Of a stretch of DNA of 35,122 nt, positions 27,457 to 35,122 are shown piece after piece. Location of the stretch: positions 1-35,122 of the forward strand of contig CAXBPH010000042.1 in NCBI GenBank assembly GCA_963977445.1. The letters are read 5' to 3'. The notes beneath the pieces are model-generated. The model was given only the letters and a program-made list of their open reading frames with translations, was not told the DNA's origin and made no database searches. Each line of letters starts with the position of its first letter. The first letter of the stretch is position 1. The position numbers and the translations under genes are program-made. The DNA is from an uncultured bacterium. GTDB taxonomy: Bacteria; Hydrogenedentota; Hydrogenedentia; Hydrogenedentales; JAEUWI01.

Positions 27457-28623
27457 ATGGAATTACACTCGCCAATCTTGTCTTCGCGAGATACCCACCC
27501 TACTGCATCGGACGCCATGAAACTTGCCAAGTCCATTCTGAACGCCCTTGCCCAGCCTGTGCTTGTTCTCGACACGTCCCTCCGCGCGGTCGTGGCCAAT
27601 CCTGCCTTTTACGAGACCCTTATGATCGCGCCGGATCTGCTGGCGGGGAAAGGTGTCCAGGAACTCATTGCAGAAGACGGCAATGCCCAACACCTCAAGG
27701 CCATGCTCCAGTCTGTCGCGGCCGGCGAAAGCAAATTAGAACATCTTGACATAGAGTGTACCGTTCCGCCGGCTGAACGAAAAACACTAACCCTCACCGC
27801 CCGCCGGGTCTCGTTCGACGATGACATGCCTGACCTGGTACTGGTGGAACTACGGGACATCACCCGGGAGGAAGCCGTAGAGAAAAGAATTCTCGAACTC
27901 AACACGGCACTACAGGTGCACGCAGCAGAACTCGAAGAGATGAATCTTGACCTCGAATCCTTCACGTATTCGGCGGCGCACGATCTTCGGACGCCGTTGC
28001 GGCTTACAAATAAAATCGCCCACCTGTTGATTCAACAACACGGCAAAACTTTTCCCGATGACGTTTCCATAAAGCTAGACATGATTGTCAACAGCACCCG
28101 GGAAATGGGAAAGTTAATTGAAGATCTCCTGGCATTCTCTCAGGTTCGACACGAACCAATTAGAAAGCGCTCCGTCGGTATGCGACGACTTGCCCACGAG
28201 GCCTACGGCGAATTGCGGGGCGATAAAGACGGGCGTGATATTTCGACAGAGATCGAAGATTTGCCCCCGTGTATCGGTGATCGTGGATTGCTGAAGCAGG
28301 TTTTCCTCAATCTACTTTCAAACGCCCTGAAATATACACGGTCGTGCGAAAAAACCGATATACGGGTCGGCACCCTGCAATCGGCCGACGAAGTTGTCTA
28401 TTTTGTACAGGATAATGGCGTTGGCTTTGATGCGAAGCATAAGGGCATTGTTTTTCTGCCCTTTCGGCGACTCCACAAGGGTGAAGGTTATGAAGGAACC
28501 GGCATTGGACTCGCACTCGTCAAGCGTGTGATCGAGTGTCATGGCGGTCGCATTTGGTTGGAAAGCCAAATAGGCCGGGGCACGTGCATTTACTTTACCT
28601 TGGGCCAAAAAAACTCCGGCTAA
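27457..28623 (+). CDS. Cytoplasmic PAS-domain histidine kinase (bacteriophytochrome/Cph1-type kinase core, no photosensory module)
   Basis: PAS segment VLVLDTSLRAVVANPAFY; LESFTYSAAHDLRTPLR; NLLSNALKY; DNGVGFD; EGTGIGLALV. Start is ATG 27457 or 27517. Confidence 0.92.
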   Translation: MELHSPILSSRDTHPTASDAMKLAKSILNALAQPVLVLDTSLRAVVANPAFYETLMIAPDLLAGKGVQELIAEDGNAQHLKAMLQSVAAGESKLEHLDIECTVPPAERKTLTLTARRVSFDDDMPDLVLVELRDITREEAVEKRILELNTALQVHAAELEEMNLDLESFTYSAAHDLRTPLRLTNKIAHLLIQQHGKTFPDDVSIKLDMIVNSTREMGKLIEDLLAFSQVRHEPIRKRSVGMRRLAHEAYGELRGDKDGRDISTEIEDLPPCIGDRGLLKQVFLNLLSNALKYTRSCEKTDIRVGTLQSADEVVYFVQDNGVGFDAKHKGIVFLPFRRLHKGEGYEGTGIGLALVKRVIECHGGRIWLESQIGRGTCIYFTLGQKNSG

Positions 28624-28652
28624 CTGCCGGTTCAAGATCGGATACAGGTACC

Positions 28653-29378
28653 TTGAAGACCACCACAAAACAACATATTTTAATCGTCGATGACGATGTC
28701 GAATTGCTGGAGGAGGTGAAAGAATATCTCGAACGGCAGGGGTTCACCGTGGTCTCGGCCATCGACGGACGGGCCGGAATCGCACACGCCAAATCCACCG
28801 ACTTTGACCTGGTTATACTTGACTTAAACCTGCCGGGTACCCAGCCGCAAAAAGAACTTTCGATGGATGGTATTGAAGTCCTCCGTATCCTGCGTGAAAC
28901 GGGAAATGTTCCGGTGCTCATGCTCAGCGCCACGAACATCGCATCGGTCAAGGTAATGACGTTGACGCTGGGTGCCGACGACTACGTCCCCAAGCCTTTC
29001 GACTTACACGAATTGGGGGCGCGCATTAAGGCGATTCTGCGGCGGGGCGGGGACGATACGCTCGGGGACCGAATTCTCACCTTCAGCCAGTTGAAGCTGG
29101 ACCCGGGGGAGCGGCGCGTCTGGAAAGACGGCGCACCCGTCGCACTCACCAGTATCGAATTTGATATCCTGCACACCCTTGCCCAACAACCGGAGCACGT
29201 GTTCAGCCGCCAAAAACTCATCGATGTGGCCTGGAAAGGCAGCTACGAGTGCGTCCCCAAAGCGGTGGACGTCCACATTGGACATATCCGAAAAAAAATC
29301 GAGAGCGACCCGGCCCAACCCGTGCTCATCGTCACGGTGCGCGGCAGCGGCTATCGCTTTGAAGACGTGCCCGCCTAA
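28653..29378 (+). CDS. OmpR/PhoB-family DNA-binding response regulator
   Basis: Receiver motifs ILIVDDD, LDLNLPG and GADDYVPKPF; wHTH motifs VDVHIGHIRKKIE and TVRGSGYRF. Likely TTG start at 28653. Confidence 0.93.
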   Translation: MKTTTKQHILIVDDDVELLEEVKEYLERQGFTVVSAIDGRAGIAHAKSTDFDLVILDLNLPGTQPQKELSMDGIEVLRILRETGNVPVLMLSATNIASVKVMTLTLGADDYVPKPFDLHELGARIKAILRRGGDDTLGDRILTFSQLKLDPGERRVWKDGAPVALTSIEFDILHTLAQQPEHVFSRQKLIDVAWKGSYECVPKAVDVHIGHIRKKIESDPAQPVLIVTVRGSGYRFEDVPA

Positions 29379-29410
29379 CGTACGTAGATACCCGAAGCCA
29401 TCTTGCTGCG

Positions 29411-29875
29411 TTAGAAAGTCCGCGCTAGTAATCGACCCATTTCTACGCAGCGTAGCCCGGCCAAGGCATGGTAGCCCACGGCCCTGCAATGGTCCCTGAC
29501 GTGCTGTGCCAGCAAGGACACCGGCCACTCTACGCAAGAATAACCGAGGTTTCTGGGATTCTGGTACGACAGGTCCCGAACCCATTCAACCATTTCCTTC
29601 GTGATCGCCCGGGTATTCCGCTTCTTCAGGCTTTTCTCCCGTGCAGAAAATATTTCCTGGCGTAGCGCTTTGTCGATACTTCGATTCACGTCGGTGACGC
29701 TGCTACGATAGGCCCGGGCGATGTCAGATATACCAATGCCATCCGCATAACGTAATAGCATGGCGGCGGAACGGGCGCGGAGCACGGAGGCAGAGCGGGA
29801 TTTGGATAGATTGTCGAGATACTCCATTTCCTCGTCAGATAGGGGCAAAACAGAATTCTGATTATCGTGTAACAT
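29411..29875 (-). CDS. Stand-alone HTH protein homologous to the N-terminal DNA-binding part of IS630-family transposases (no DDE domain)
   Basis: The pattern LSDEE..L..SKSR...A.MLL.YADG..ISDIAR...IDKAL...ITKE..EWV.DL...P..LGY...W...LA.HVR.H matches IS630 N-termini. SD AAGGA. The ORF stops 32 nt before the convergent regulator, and I see no IS ends. Confidence 0.7.
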   Translation of the reverse strand: MLHDNQNSVLPLSDEEMEYLDNLSKSRSASVLRARSAAMLLRYADGIGISDIARAYRSSVTDVNRSIDKALRQEIFSAREKSLKKRNTRAITKEMVEWVRDLSYQNPRNLGYSCVEWPVSLLAQHVRDHCRAVGYHALAGLRCVEMGRLLARTF

Positions 29876-30056
29876 GTTTTTCCTTCGTTCTTGGTGATGT
29901 CATGGCCCGCTGACGCAGGCTGATTCGTGGGCGTGGGCCCCTACGGGCAGGTCACGGGGGTGTTCACGTGCGCGGAGCAAGGGGGAGTGGCGTTGCGGTA
30001 CGCACCCGGAACCACCCGGCCCGAGTGCGCGCCACGTCGCGATAGTGTCGAAGTGT

Positions 30057-30258
30057 CTAGCGCTTCAGCGTCTCCGTAAAATCTTCGAGTTCTTTGTGCG
30101 CCGCCTCTTTCGCGATGCCATAGCGCTCTTGTATTTTTCCCGCAAGATGGGTGCGCTTTCCGGCAATCGCTGTCAGGTCATCGTCGGTCAATTTGCCCCA
30201 CTTTTCCTTCACCTCCGGTGTATTGCTTCCAATTTCCTTCTATCTGATCCCAGTTCAT
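30057..30258 (-). pseudogene. csbD: CsbD-family (YjbJ-like) general stress protein, frameshifted (pseudogene or sequencing error)
   Basis: Reads MNWDQIEGNWKQYTG, shifts frame at about 30213, then continues VKEKWGKLTDDDLTAIAGKRTHLAGKIQERYGIAKEAAHKELEDFTETLKR*. Length 202 nt (204 minus 2). SD AAGGA. Absent from the ORF track. Confidence 0.9.
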
Positions 30259-30317
30259 AGGAATCTTCCTTAGTAGTTAATTCGCTCAGGCTCACCGGTT
30301 CGCAGCGTCACATCGGC

Positions 30318-30382
30318 AACAAAAGCAGTCCAGACCGCCATGCCACGACTGGTGAGGGGCGGCGGATGGCGGCCGGACTGCT
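30318..30382 (-). terminator. Long hairpin plus U-tract between the DUF3309 gene and csbD
   Basis: Minus strand AGCAGTCCGG-CCGCCAT...ATGGCGG-TCTGGACTGCT, followed by TTTGTT. Confidence 0.55.
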
Positions 30383-30398
30383 GGGGAACCGCCTTTTG

Positions 30399-30563
30399 TT
30401 AGAAGCCCCGTGGCAGGTAACCCGCAAGCACGAGTACGACCACGATGACCAATACGAGCCCCAGACCGCCGCTGGGACCATAGCCCCAACGTTGGCTGTG
30501 GGGCCAACGGGGAAATGCGCCCAGCAACAACAACAACAGAAGAACCATTAAGAGCATACCCAT
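30399..30563 (-). CDS. DUF3309-family small membrane protein
   Basis: Family signature LLGAFPRWPHSQRWGYGPSGGLG. SD AAGGAG before ATG 30563. 54 aa. Confidence 0.9.
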   Translation of the reverse strand: MGMLLMVLLLLLLLGAFPRWPHSQRWGYGPSGGLGLVLVIVVVLVLAGYLPRGF

Positions 30564-30745
30564 GAGACGTTCTCCTTTTTCGGGGCAACACCCCATTTTC
30601 AGGCTCGGTCCAATTCATTCGGAGCCAATCTAAGGCCCCATCAATCCAAAGCACCCGTGCGCGGTCGGCCTCAACATATAGGGAGGTAGATGCCGAACCA
30701 CGTTGTCAGCGTAGCAAGGCAACGTAGATTGCGGGCAGCACGCTG

Positions 30746-30761
30746 GTAAAAGTTGCGTAAA
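30746..30761. promoter_or_regulatory. GTAAA-N6-GTAAA direct repeat, candidate OmpR-family binding box in the divergent promoter region
   Basis: GTAAA at 30746 and 30757 (11-bp period), between the divergent DUF3309 and receiver genes. Resembles CpxR-type boxes. Confidence 0.35.
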
Positions 30762-30954
30762 GTGCCGCCATCCGCCCCCGTCGATGCCTGGAGCGCGCGG
30801 ACTGCCGGTGACGCAGTCTCCCCATGGCCCAAACTATTGCCCAAGATTTCCCCCAGCTATGCCGTAACTACACCATTCGGACGTACCATGACGATGTAAG
30901 TATGAAGAAAACTATTTTGAGACAAAAGGTGCCTGGGCCCCTGGGAGCATTGTC

Positions 30955-31407
30955 GTGATAATCACCGAACCGGTGGATATCCTTGTTGTCGAAGATAACG
31001 AAAGCCAACGGGCGTCCATTGTGGCCTCCCTCGAAGCTTCGATTCAGGGTGTACAGATTGTCGCTGTCAATAACGGCGACGCGGCACTGGACTTCCTGTT
31101 TGGTCGGGGTCCGTGGGCGGATCGTATTGGGGCAGATCCCCCAAGGCTCATTCTGCTGGATCTGGAAATGCCCGGAACGGATTCCTTTTCTATCCTCGGC
31201 CAGATTCGGTCAATGAAACCCAAGGACGCCCTTACCCTCACCCCCGTAGTTGTTTTCACCGATTCCAGTTCCGACAGCGACATGCAGGAGAGCTACCGTT
31301 GCGGTGCGAACAGCTACATCATAAAACCGCTAAGCTTCCCCGAGTTTAAGACAATTATCGAAACTGTAGGCGAATACTGGATCAACCTCAACAAGTCGTG
31401 TCTTTGA
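30955..31407 (+). CDS. Single-domain response regulator (Rcp1-like)
   Basis: Motifs ILVVEDN, ALDFL, LILLDLEMP, PVVVFT, GANSYIIKP and a C-terminal YW. GGGAG upstream of the GTG start. Confidence 0.92.
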   Translation: MIITEPVDILVVEDNESQRASIVASLEASIQGVQIVAVNNGDAALDFLFGRGPWADRIGADPPRLILLDLEMPGTDSFSILGQIRSMKPKDALTLTPVVVFTDSSSDSDMQESYRCGANSYIIKPLSFPEFKTIIETVGEYWINLNKSCL

Positions 31408-31518
31408 GGAGCCCAGCACCGACAGATTGGTACGTCGTCGCAACTACCGTCAGGTAGTGGCCCGTGCGTAAGAAACCCACAATACCCCGGGCCCGAAGCC
31501 CTGATCGGAATATCCATC

Positions 31519-33288
31519 ATGAACCTATACCTGAACCTGCGGACCGGCGCGACGTCCATCCTCGGAATCGTCTTCCTGCCAGCCCTGATTGGCGTCGGCG
31601 CTATGCTTGCGGCAGGAAATGCCAACGCCGAGACAGGTGTGGAAATATTGACGCGCGGTCCCATACACGAAGCCTTCGCCGAGGCTTCCATGGCCGGGGC
31701 GACCGCAGGCTTTACCATCACACGCGCGCCTTATGACCCCATTGTCGAAGTACCACCGGACCAGCGGCCCGATGGCGCCGACGTGGCCTGGATTCCGGGC
31801 TACTGGAGTTGGGATGAGGATAGGGACGATTTCATCTGGGTAAGCGGGGTCTGGCGGGATCTGCCGCCGAACCGCCAGTGGGCACCCGGATACTGGGCGA
31901 CCGTCTCCGGAGGCTATCAGTGGGTATCCGGATTCTGGGGCAACACCGCCCAGACCGACATCGATTATCTGCCGCCGCCACCGGAGTCCCTCGAATATGG
32001 ACCCAGCTCACCATCGCCGCGCCCGGGCAACAGCTGGTCGCCTGGCTGCTGGGTGTGGCAGCAGAGCCGTTACGACTGGCAACCTGGCTATTGGGTGGCC
32101 CCACAGACCGACTGGATCTGGACGCCCGCCCACTACACATGGACCCCGCGCGGTCATGTTTACGTACCCGGTTACTGGGACTATGCCCTTGCCCGCCGAG
32201 GTGTAATTTTCGCGCCGGTGTACTACGCACAACCCGTCTACCGGCAGCCGAGCTACCACTACGCCCCCGCCACCATTATCGATATACGCGTGATAACCAC
32301 TTGCCTTTTCGTTCAGGCGAGTTCACAACGCTATTACTTCGGCGATTACTACGATGCTCGCTATGATGCGAGGGGTTATTATCCATGGCATGAGTCGCGC
32401 CCATCGGACCATCGATACGATCCGTTGTACGCGCAATATCGCTTTACCCAGCTCCAGAATGACCGAAATTGGGACCAACACGTGGACGAACGGTATCACC
32501 ACCGTCGTGACAATGTGGAGGCCCGCCCGCCGCAGACGCTGGCTCTGCAGGTCAATATAATCAACACGCGCAACGGAGACCGGGGCAATCCATATATAGG
32601 TAGAAGTCTTGCTGAAGTCGCGCAAAATGACTCAAACACCTATCGATTCCGGTCGGTGAACGCTACCGAGCGGGAGCAAATCGAGTCTCGCGGGCGAGCC
32701 GTGCGCACCTATCAGTCGGAACGAGCACGCCTTGAGACACGGCCGCAAAATAACGGGAAAAACGACAAAGCACACCCAGAGGGTCGTTCCATTCGCGTGA
32801 AGCTGCCCGAGTCACCCGTCGCTTCCCGGCCCGGTACCCGTTCAGACGGTGCAATGAAACCACCTCCCGCCCCAAAGGGACCACGGGCGGTCGCCACAGA
32901 GAACCGCAAACCGGCGGTGAATCCGAAAGACAACGGCAAGGGACCCGAATCGCCAGGAGTCCAGCGCAAGCCACGCCCGACCGGGCCCATGGAAAAAACA
33001 CCAAATCCTGGTCGCGGTGAACGCTCGGACCCGCGTGTTGTGGAACCACGACGACCGACTAAAACGGAAAGCGCCCCGTCCACACCCTCCTCAACGTCGC
33101 CACGAGATCAAGGCCGAGGGAAGCCGGAGAAAATGGATGAACGCACTCCCCAGCCTGGTAACCGCGACAGCAATGTTCAGAAACCGACACAAAAAAGTCA
33201 GGCCGTGGAATCGCGCGATACAAACCGCCAAGGCCGGCGGACCAATGCAGACAAAACAGAGGGAAGCAAAAAAACAAAAAAGAAATAG
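31519..33288 (+). CDS. Exported YXWGXW (WxxGxW)-repeat protein with a long disordered Pro/Arg/Lys-rich tail
   Basis: Signal peptide ending ANA. Eight motifs in two blocks: WIPGYW, WVSGVW, WAPGYW, WVSGFW and WSPGCW, WQPGYW, WTPAHY, YVPGYW. Confidence 0.85.
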   Translation: MNLYLNLRTGATSILGIVFLPALIGVGAMLAAGNANAETGVEILTRGPIHEAFAEASMAGATAGFTITRAPYDPIVEVPPDQRPDGADVAWIPGYWSWDEDRDDFIWVSGVWRDLPPNRQWAPGYWATVSGGYQWVSGFWGNTAQTDIDYLPPPPESLEYGPSSPSPRPGNSWSPGCWVWQQSRYDWQPGYWVAPQTDWIWTPAHYTWTPRGHVYVPGYWDYALARRGVIFAPVYYAQPVYRQPSYHYAPATIIDIRVITTCLFVQASSQRYYFGDYYDARYDARGYYPWHESRPSDHRYDPLYAQYRFTQLQNDRNWDQHVDERYHHRRDNVEARPPQTLALQVNIINTRNGDRGNPYIGRSLAEVAQNDSNTYRFRSVNATEREQIESRGRAVRTYQSERARLETRPQNNGKNDKAHPEGRSIRVKLPESPVASRPGTRSDGAMKPPPAPKGPRAVATENRKPAVNPKDNGKGPESPGVQRKPRPTGPMEKTPNPGRGERSDPRVVEPRRPTKTESAPSTPSSTSPRDQGRGKPEKMDERTPQPGNRDSNVQKPTQKSQAVESRDTNRQGRRTNADKTEGSKKTKKK

Positions 33289-33387
33289 CAACGTCCGACC
33301 AGAAGATGGTCACTAACTTTTGTTCCGACATAAATACGGATTCAACTCACCAAAACCGCTGGATAACCAGACTTAAGGATTAGAAAA

Positions 33388-33783
33388 ATGAACGCAATTA
33401 CACGATTGACCACCACAGTGATTGTCTGTGCTCTTGCCAGTATCGTCGGCACCGGGTGCAACACGGTTCGAGGCGCGGGAAAAGACATCCAGAAGGGCGG
33501 CAAGGCCGTAGAGAACGCCGCCGAAAACATCCATGCCCCCCGGGAAGTGGGGCACATGATCATGGCCTCTGCAGACACGGGCGGCAGAATCAGCCCCGTT
33601 GGCAACTTGGTCGTGGAGAATGGCAAGAGCAGAACCTACACCATCAAAGCAGACACAGGCTACCATGTGGCGGATGTGCTGGTAGATGGTAAGTCGCAGG
33701 GTGCGGTGAGTCGACACACCTTCAGTAAGCCGACCGGCGACCACACGATCTCGGCGCTCTTCACTGCGGACCCGAAAGAATAA
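33388..33783 (+). CDS. Entericidin A/B-family lipoprotein fused to a divergent InlB B-repeat-like domain
   Basis: Lipobox GTGC followed by the entericidin signature CNTVRGAGKDIQKGGKAVENAA. The C-terminus is ASADTGGRISPVG...TYTIKADTGYHVADVLVDG...DHTISALF. SD AAGGA. Confidence 0.8.
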   Translation: MNAITRLTTTVIVCALASIVGTGCNTVRGAGKDIQKGGKAVENAAENIHAPREVGHMIMASADTGGRISPVGNLVVENGKSRTYTIKADTGYHVADVLVDGKSQGAVSRHTFSKPTGDHTISALFTADPKE

Positions 33784-33895
33784 ATTGTGGGGCCCTCCGT
33801 CCTCTGGTTTCTCCAGAATGCTTGTCCTGTAGCCCCACTAATTCGGGCGGGACAACAGTCTGGTACCAACGTCATTTAAACGAAGGAAATGAACT

Positions 33896-34044
33896 ATGAT
33901 TGAGACGTTGATTGTCATATTGGTTGTCTTGTGGTTGCTGGGCCTGGTTACGGCACACACCATGGTGGGTTTCTCCATATTCTCCTGGTGTTGGCCGTCA
34001 TCGTGATACTGGTTCGTTTGATTCAGGGCCGAAGGGTGCTCTAG
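33896..34044 (+). pseudogene. lmo0937-family small membrane protein, frameshifted (pseudogene or sequencing error)
   Basis: Reads MIETLIVILVVLWLLGLVTAHTM. One G is missing at 33964-65 (ATGGT instead of ATGGGT); restoring it gives GGFLHILLVLAVIVILVRLIQGRRVL*. Length 149 nt. SD AAGGA. Absent from the ORF track. Confidence 0.85.
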
Positions 34045-34169
34045 CGTAAATTCAGATTTGTCTGCGTCACAGGTTCGCGGCTTCTGCGGTGTTTAAAAGC
34101 CCTGGAACCCGCTCAATCTTCAACGCTTCAACCGCTGGCAATGCCAGGGCTTTAAGACGGAGGGATATC

Positions 34170-34391
34170 ATGAAAATTTACACCATAGCGGCAATAGTGC
34201 TGATAGCGATCGGGGTATTGGGCCTCGTCTACGGCCAGTTCAGCTACACCAAAGATTCCGACACGGCCCGACTGGGTCCCATCGTATTGACCGTTAAAGA
34301 GAAAGAAACCGTCAACGTTCCAACCTGGGCTGGCGTGGGCGCGATTGTTGCAGGTGCAGGAATGCTTGCATTTACCGCATTGAAACGATAG
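34170..34391 (+). CDS. Small two-TM membrane protein (DUF3185-like)
   Basis: Pattern TM-YGQFSYTKD...LGP....K.KETVNVPTWAG-TM. SD GGAGG before ATG 34170. 73 aa. Confidence 0.75.
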   Translation: MKIYTIAAIVLIAIGVLGLVYGQFSYTKDSDTARLGPIVLTVKEKETVNVPTWAGVGAIVAGAGMLAFTALKR

Positions 34392-34506
34392 TTCACCCGG
34401 CCACGGCGCGCGCGTCTCAATCGGGACAGAACAAGATCGCTACGTTAGACAACATCGTTGCCATTTTTCTAGCAGGTGCCAAAGCACGACAAAAGGATAC
34501 TGATTC

Positions 34507-35122
34507 ATGAACGTACTGCGTCGAATAAAAACGCTGGGCACGGCCTGCGCCACAACGACTTTCCTCTTGCTTGCTGGCACAAGTCACGGGGCGCTAACCG
34601 CCGCTCCCGATCGGGTTACTTTTCTTTCGCCGGACCAGTCATTCACTATCGCGCTCGCAAACGATGGGGTGCCCCTCCCCGCAGCGGATATAAAAAGCTG
34701 GCAGTTTCTGGCGGGCGGCCACGACTACAAGCACATGATAAACATCGAGAAAAAGGAAGGGGCTATCGAACTCTCATCGAGTAACACCGTCGAACTGGGC
34801 AGTTATGACCTGACCATCGACACCACCCGTGGTTCCGTTGTTGTGCGAGTGTTGACGCCGTTTACGGAAGTGCCCGACATTGTAGAAAAAATGACCGCCC
34901 TTACCGGTAAATCAGAGCAGAAGATTCAGGAGAAACTGGGTCTAACGTCTTCGTCGGGTCGCTCTGACGTCCAAATCGACTTGCCGCCCGTGTACTACGA
35001 GGGCCAGACACTCAAACTCACCATGTCGGCTACACCGGGCGATGGTCACGCCTGCATGTGGTTCATCAATGGCGACGCCGTAGCGGAAGGTCCCGACCAG
35101 TATGCCTTTACCTATACATTCC
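34507..35122 (+). CDS. Exported beta-rich (Ig/PKD-like) protein, runs off the window end
   Basis: SD AAGGA and ATG 34507. Signal peptide MNVLRRIKTLGTACATTTFLLLAGTSHG. No stop before 35122; ends ...MWFINGDAVAEGPDQYAFTYTF. Not in the ORF track. Confidence 0.8.
   Translation, partial: MNVLRRIKTLGTACATTTFLLLAGTSHGALTAAPDRVTFLSPDQSFTIALANDGVPLPAADIKSWQFLAGGHDYKHMINIEKKEGAIELSSSNTVELGSYDLTIDTTRGSVVVRVLTPFTEVPDIVEKMTALTGKSEQKIQEKLGLTSSSGRSDVQIDLPPVYYEGQTLKLTMSATPGDGHACMWFINGDAVAEGPDQYAFTYTF

Noticed and set aside
27457..28623. Bacteriophytochrome (light sensor)
   Set aside because: Only the kinase core is Cph1-like. There are no GAF/PHY domains or LOV GxNCRFLQ motif.
29411..29875. Active IS630 element with a programmed frameshift
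   Set aside because: There is no room or sequence for a DDE domain downstream, and no terminal inverted repeats were seen.

Overview
GC-rich bacterial chromosomal window (taxon not determinable here). I found no rRNA, tRNA, CRISPR array or intact mobile element. The left part (1-20.7 kb) carries mixed housekeeping and envelope genes: a partial sugar ABC ATPase, an exported TPR-like protein, an acyltransferase/alpha-beta-hydrolase fusion, an AsmA-like protein, a polytopic membrane protein, an exported triple-RidA protein, a GT4 glycosyltransferase, a PhyH dioxygenase, a hybrid sensor kinase, a NagB-like protein, a histone H1-like repeat protein with structured UTRs, and a GNAT. The middle (20.7-26.5 kb) is a sucrose module: sucrose synthase plus a fused sucrose-phosphate synthase/phosphatase, preceded by a Gfo/Idh/MocA oxidoreductase. 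The right part (26.7-35.1 kb) is a general/osmotic-stress-type cluster: a PAS histidine kinase, an OmpR regulator, a single-domain receiver, CsbD, DUF3309, lmo0937-type and DUF3185-like small proteins, a YXWGXW-repeat protein, an entericidin fused to an InlB-B-repeat-like domain, and a stand-alone IS630-transposase-derived HTH gene. csbD and the lmo0937-type gene are frameshifted and are missing from the ORF track. The most unusual items are a 150-nt element of seven back-to-back hairpins closed by a 10-bp inverted repeat, the entericidin fusion, the possibly domesticated transposase HTH, and the exported single-chain RidA pseudo-trimer. All family calls come from motif recognition by eye, not from database searches.
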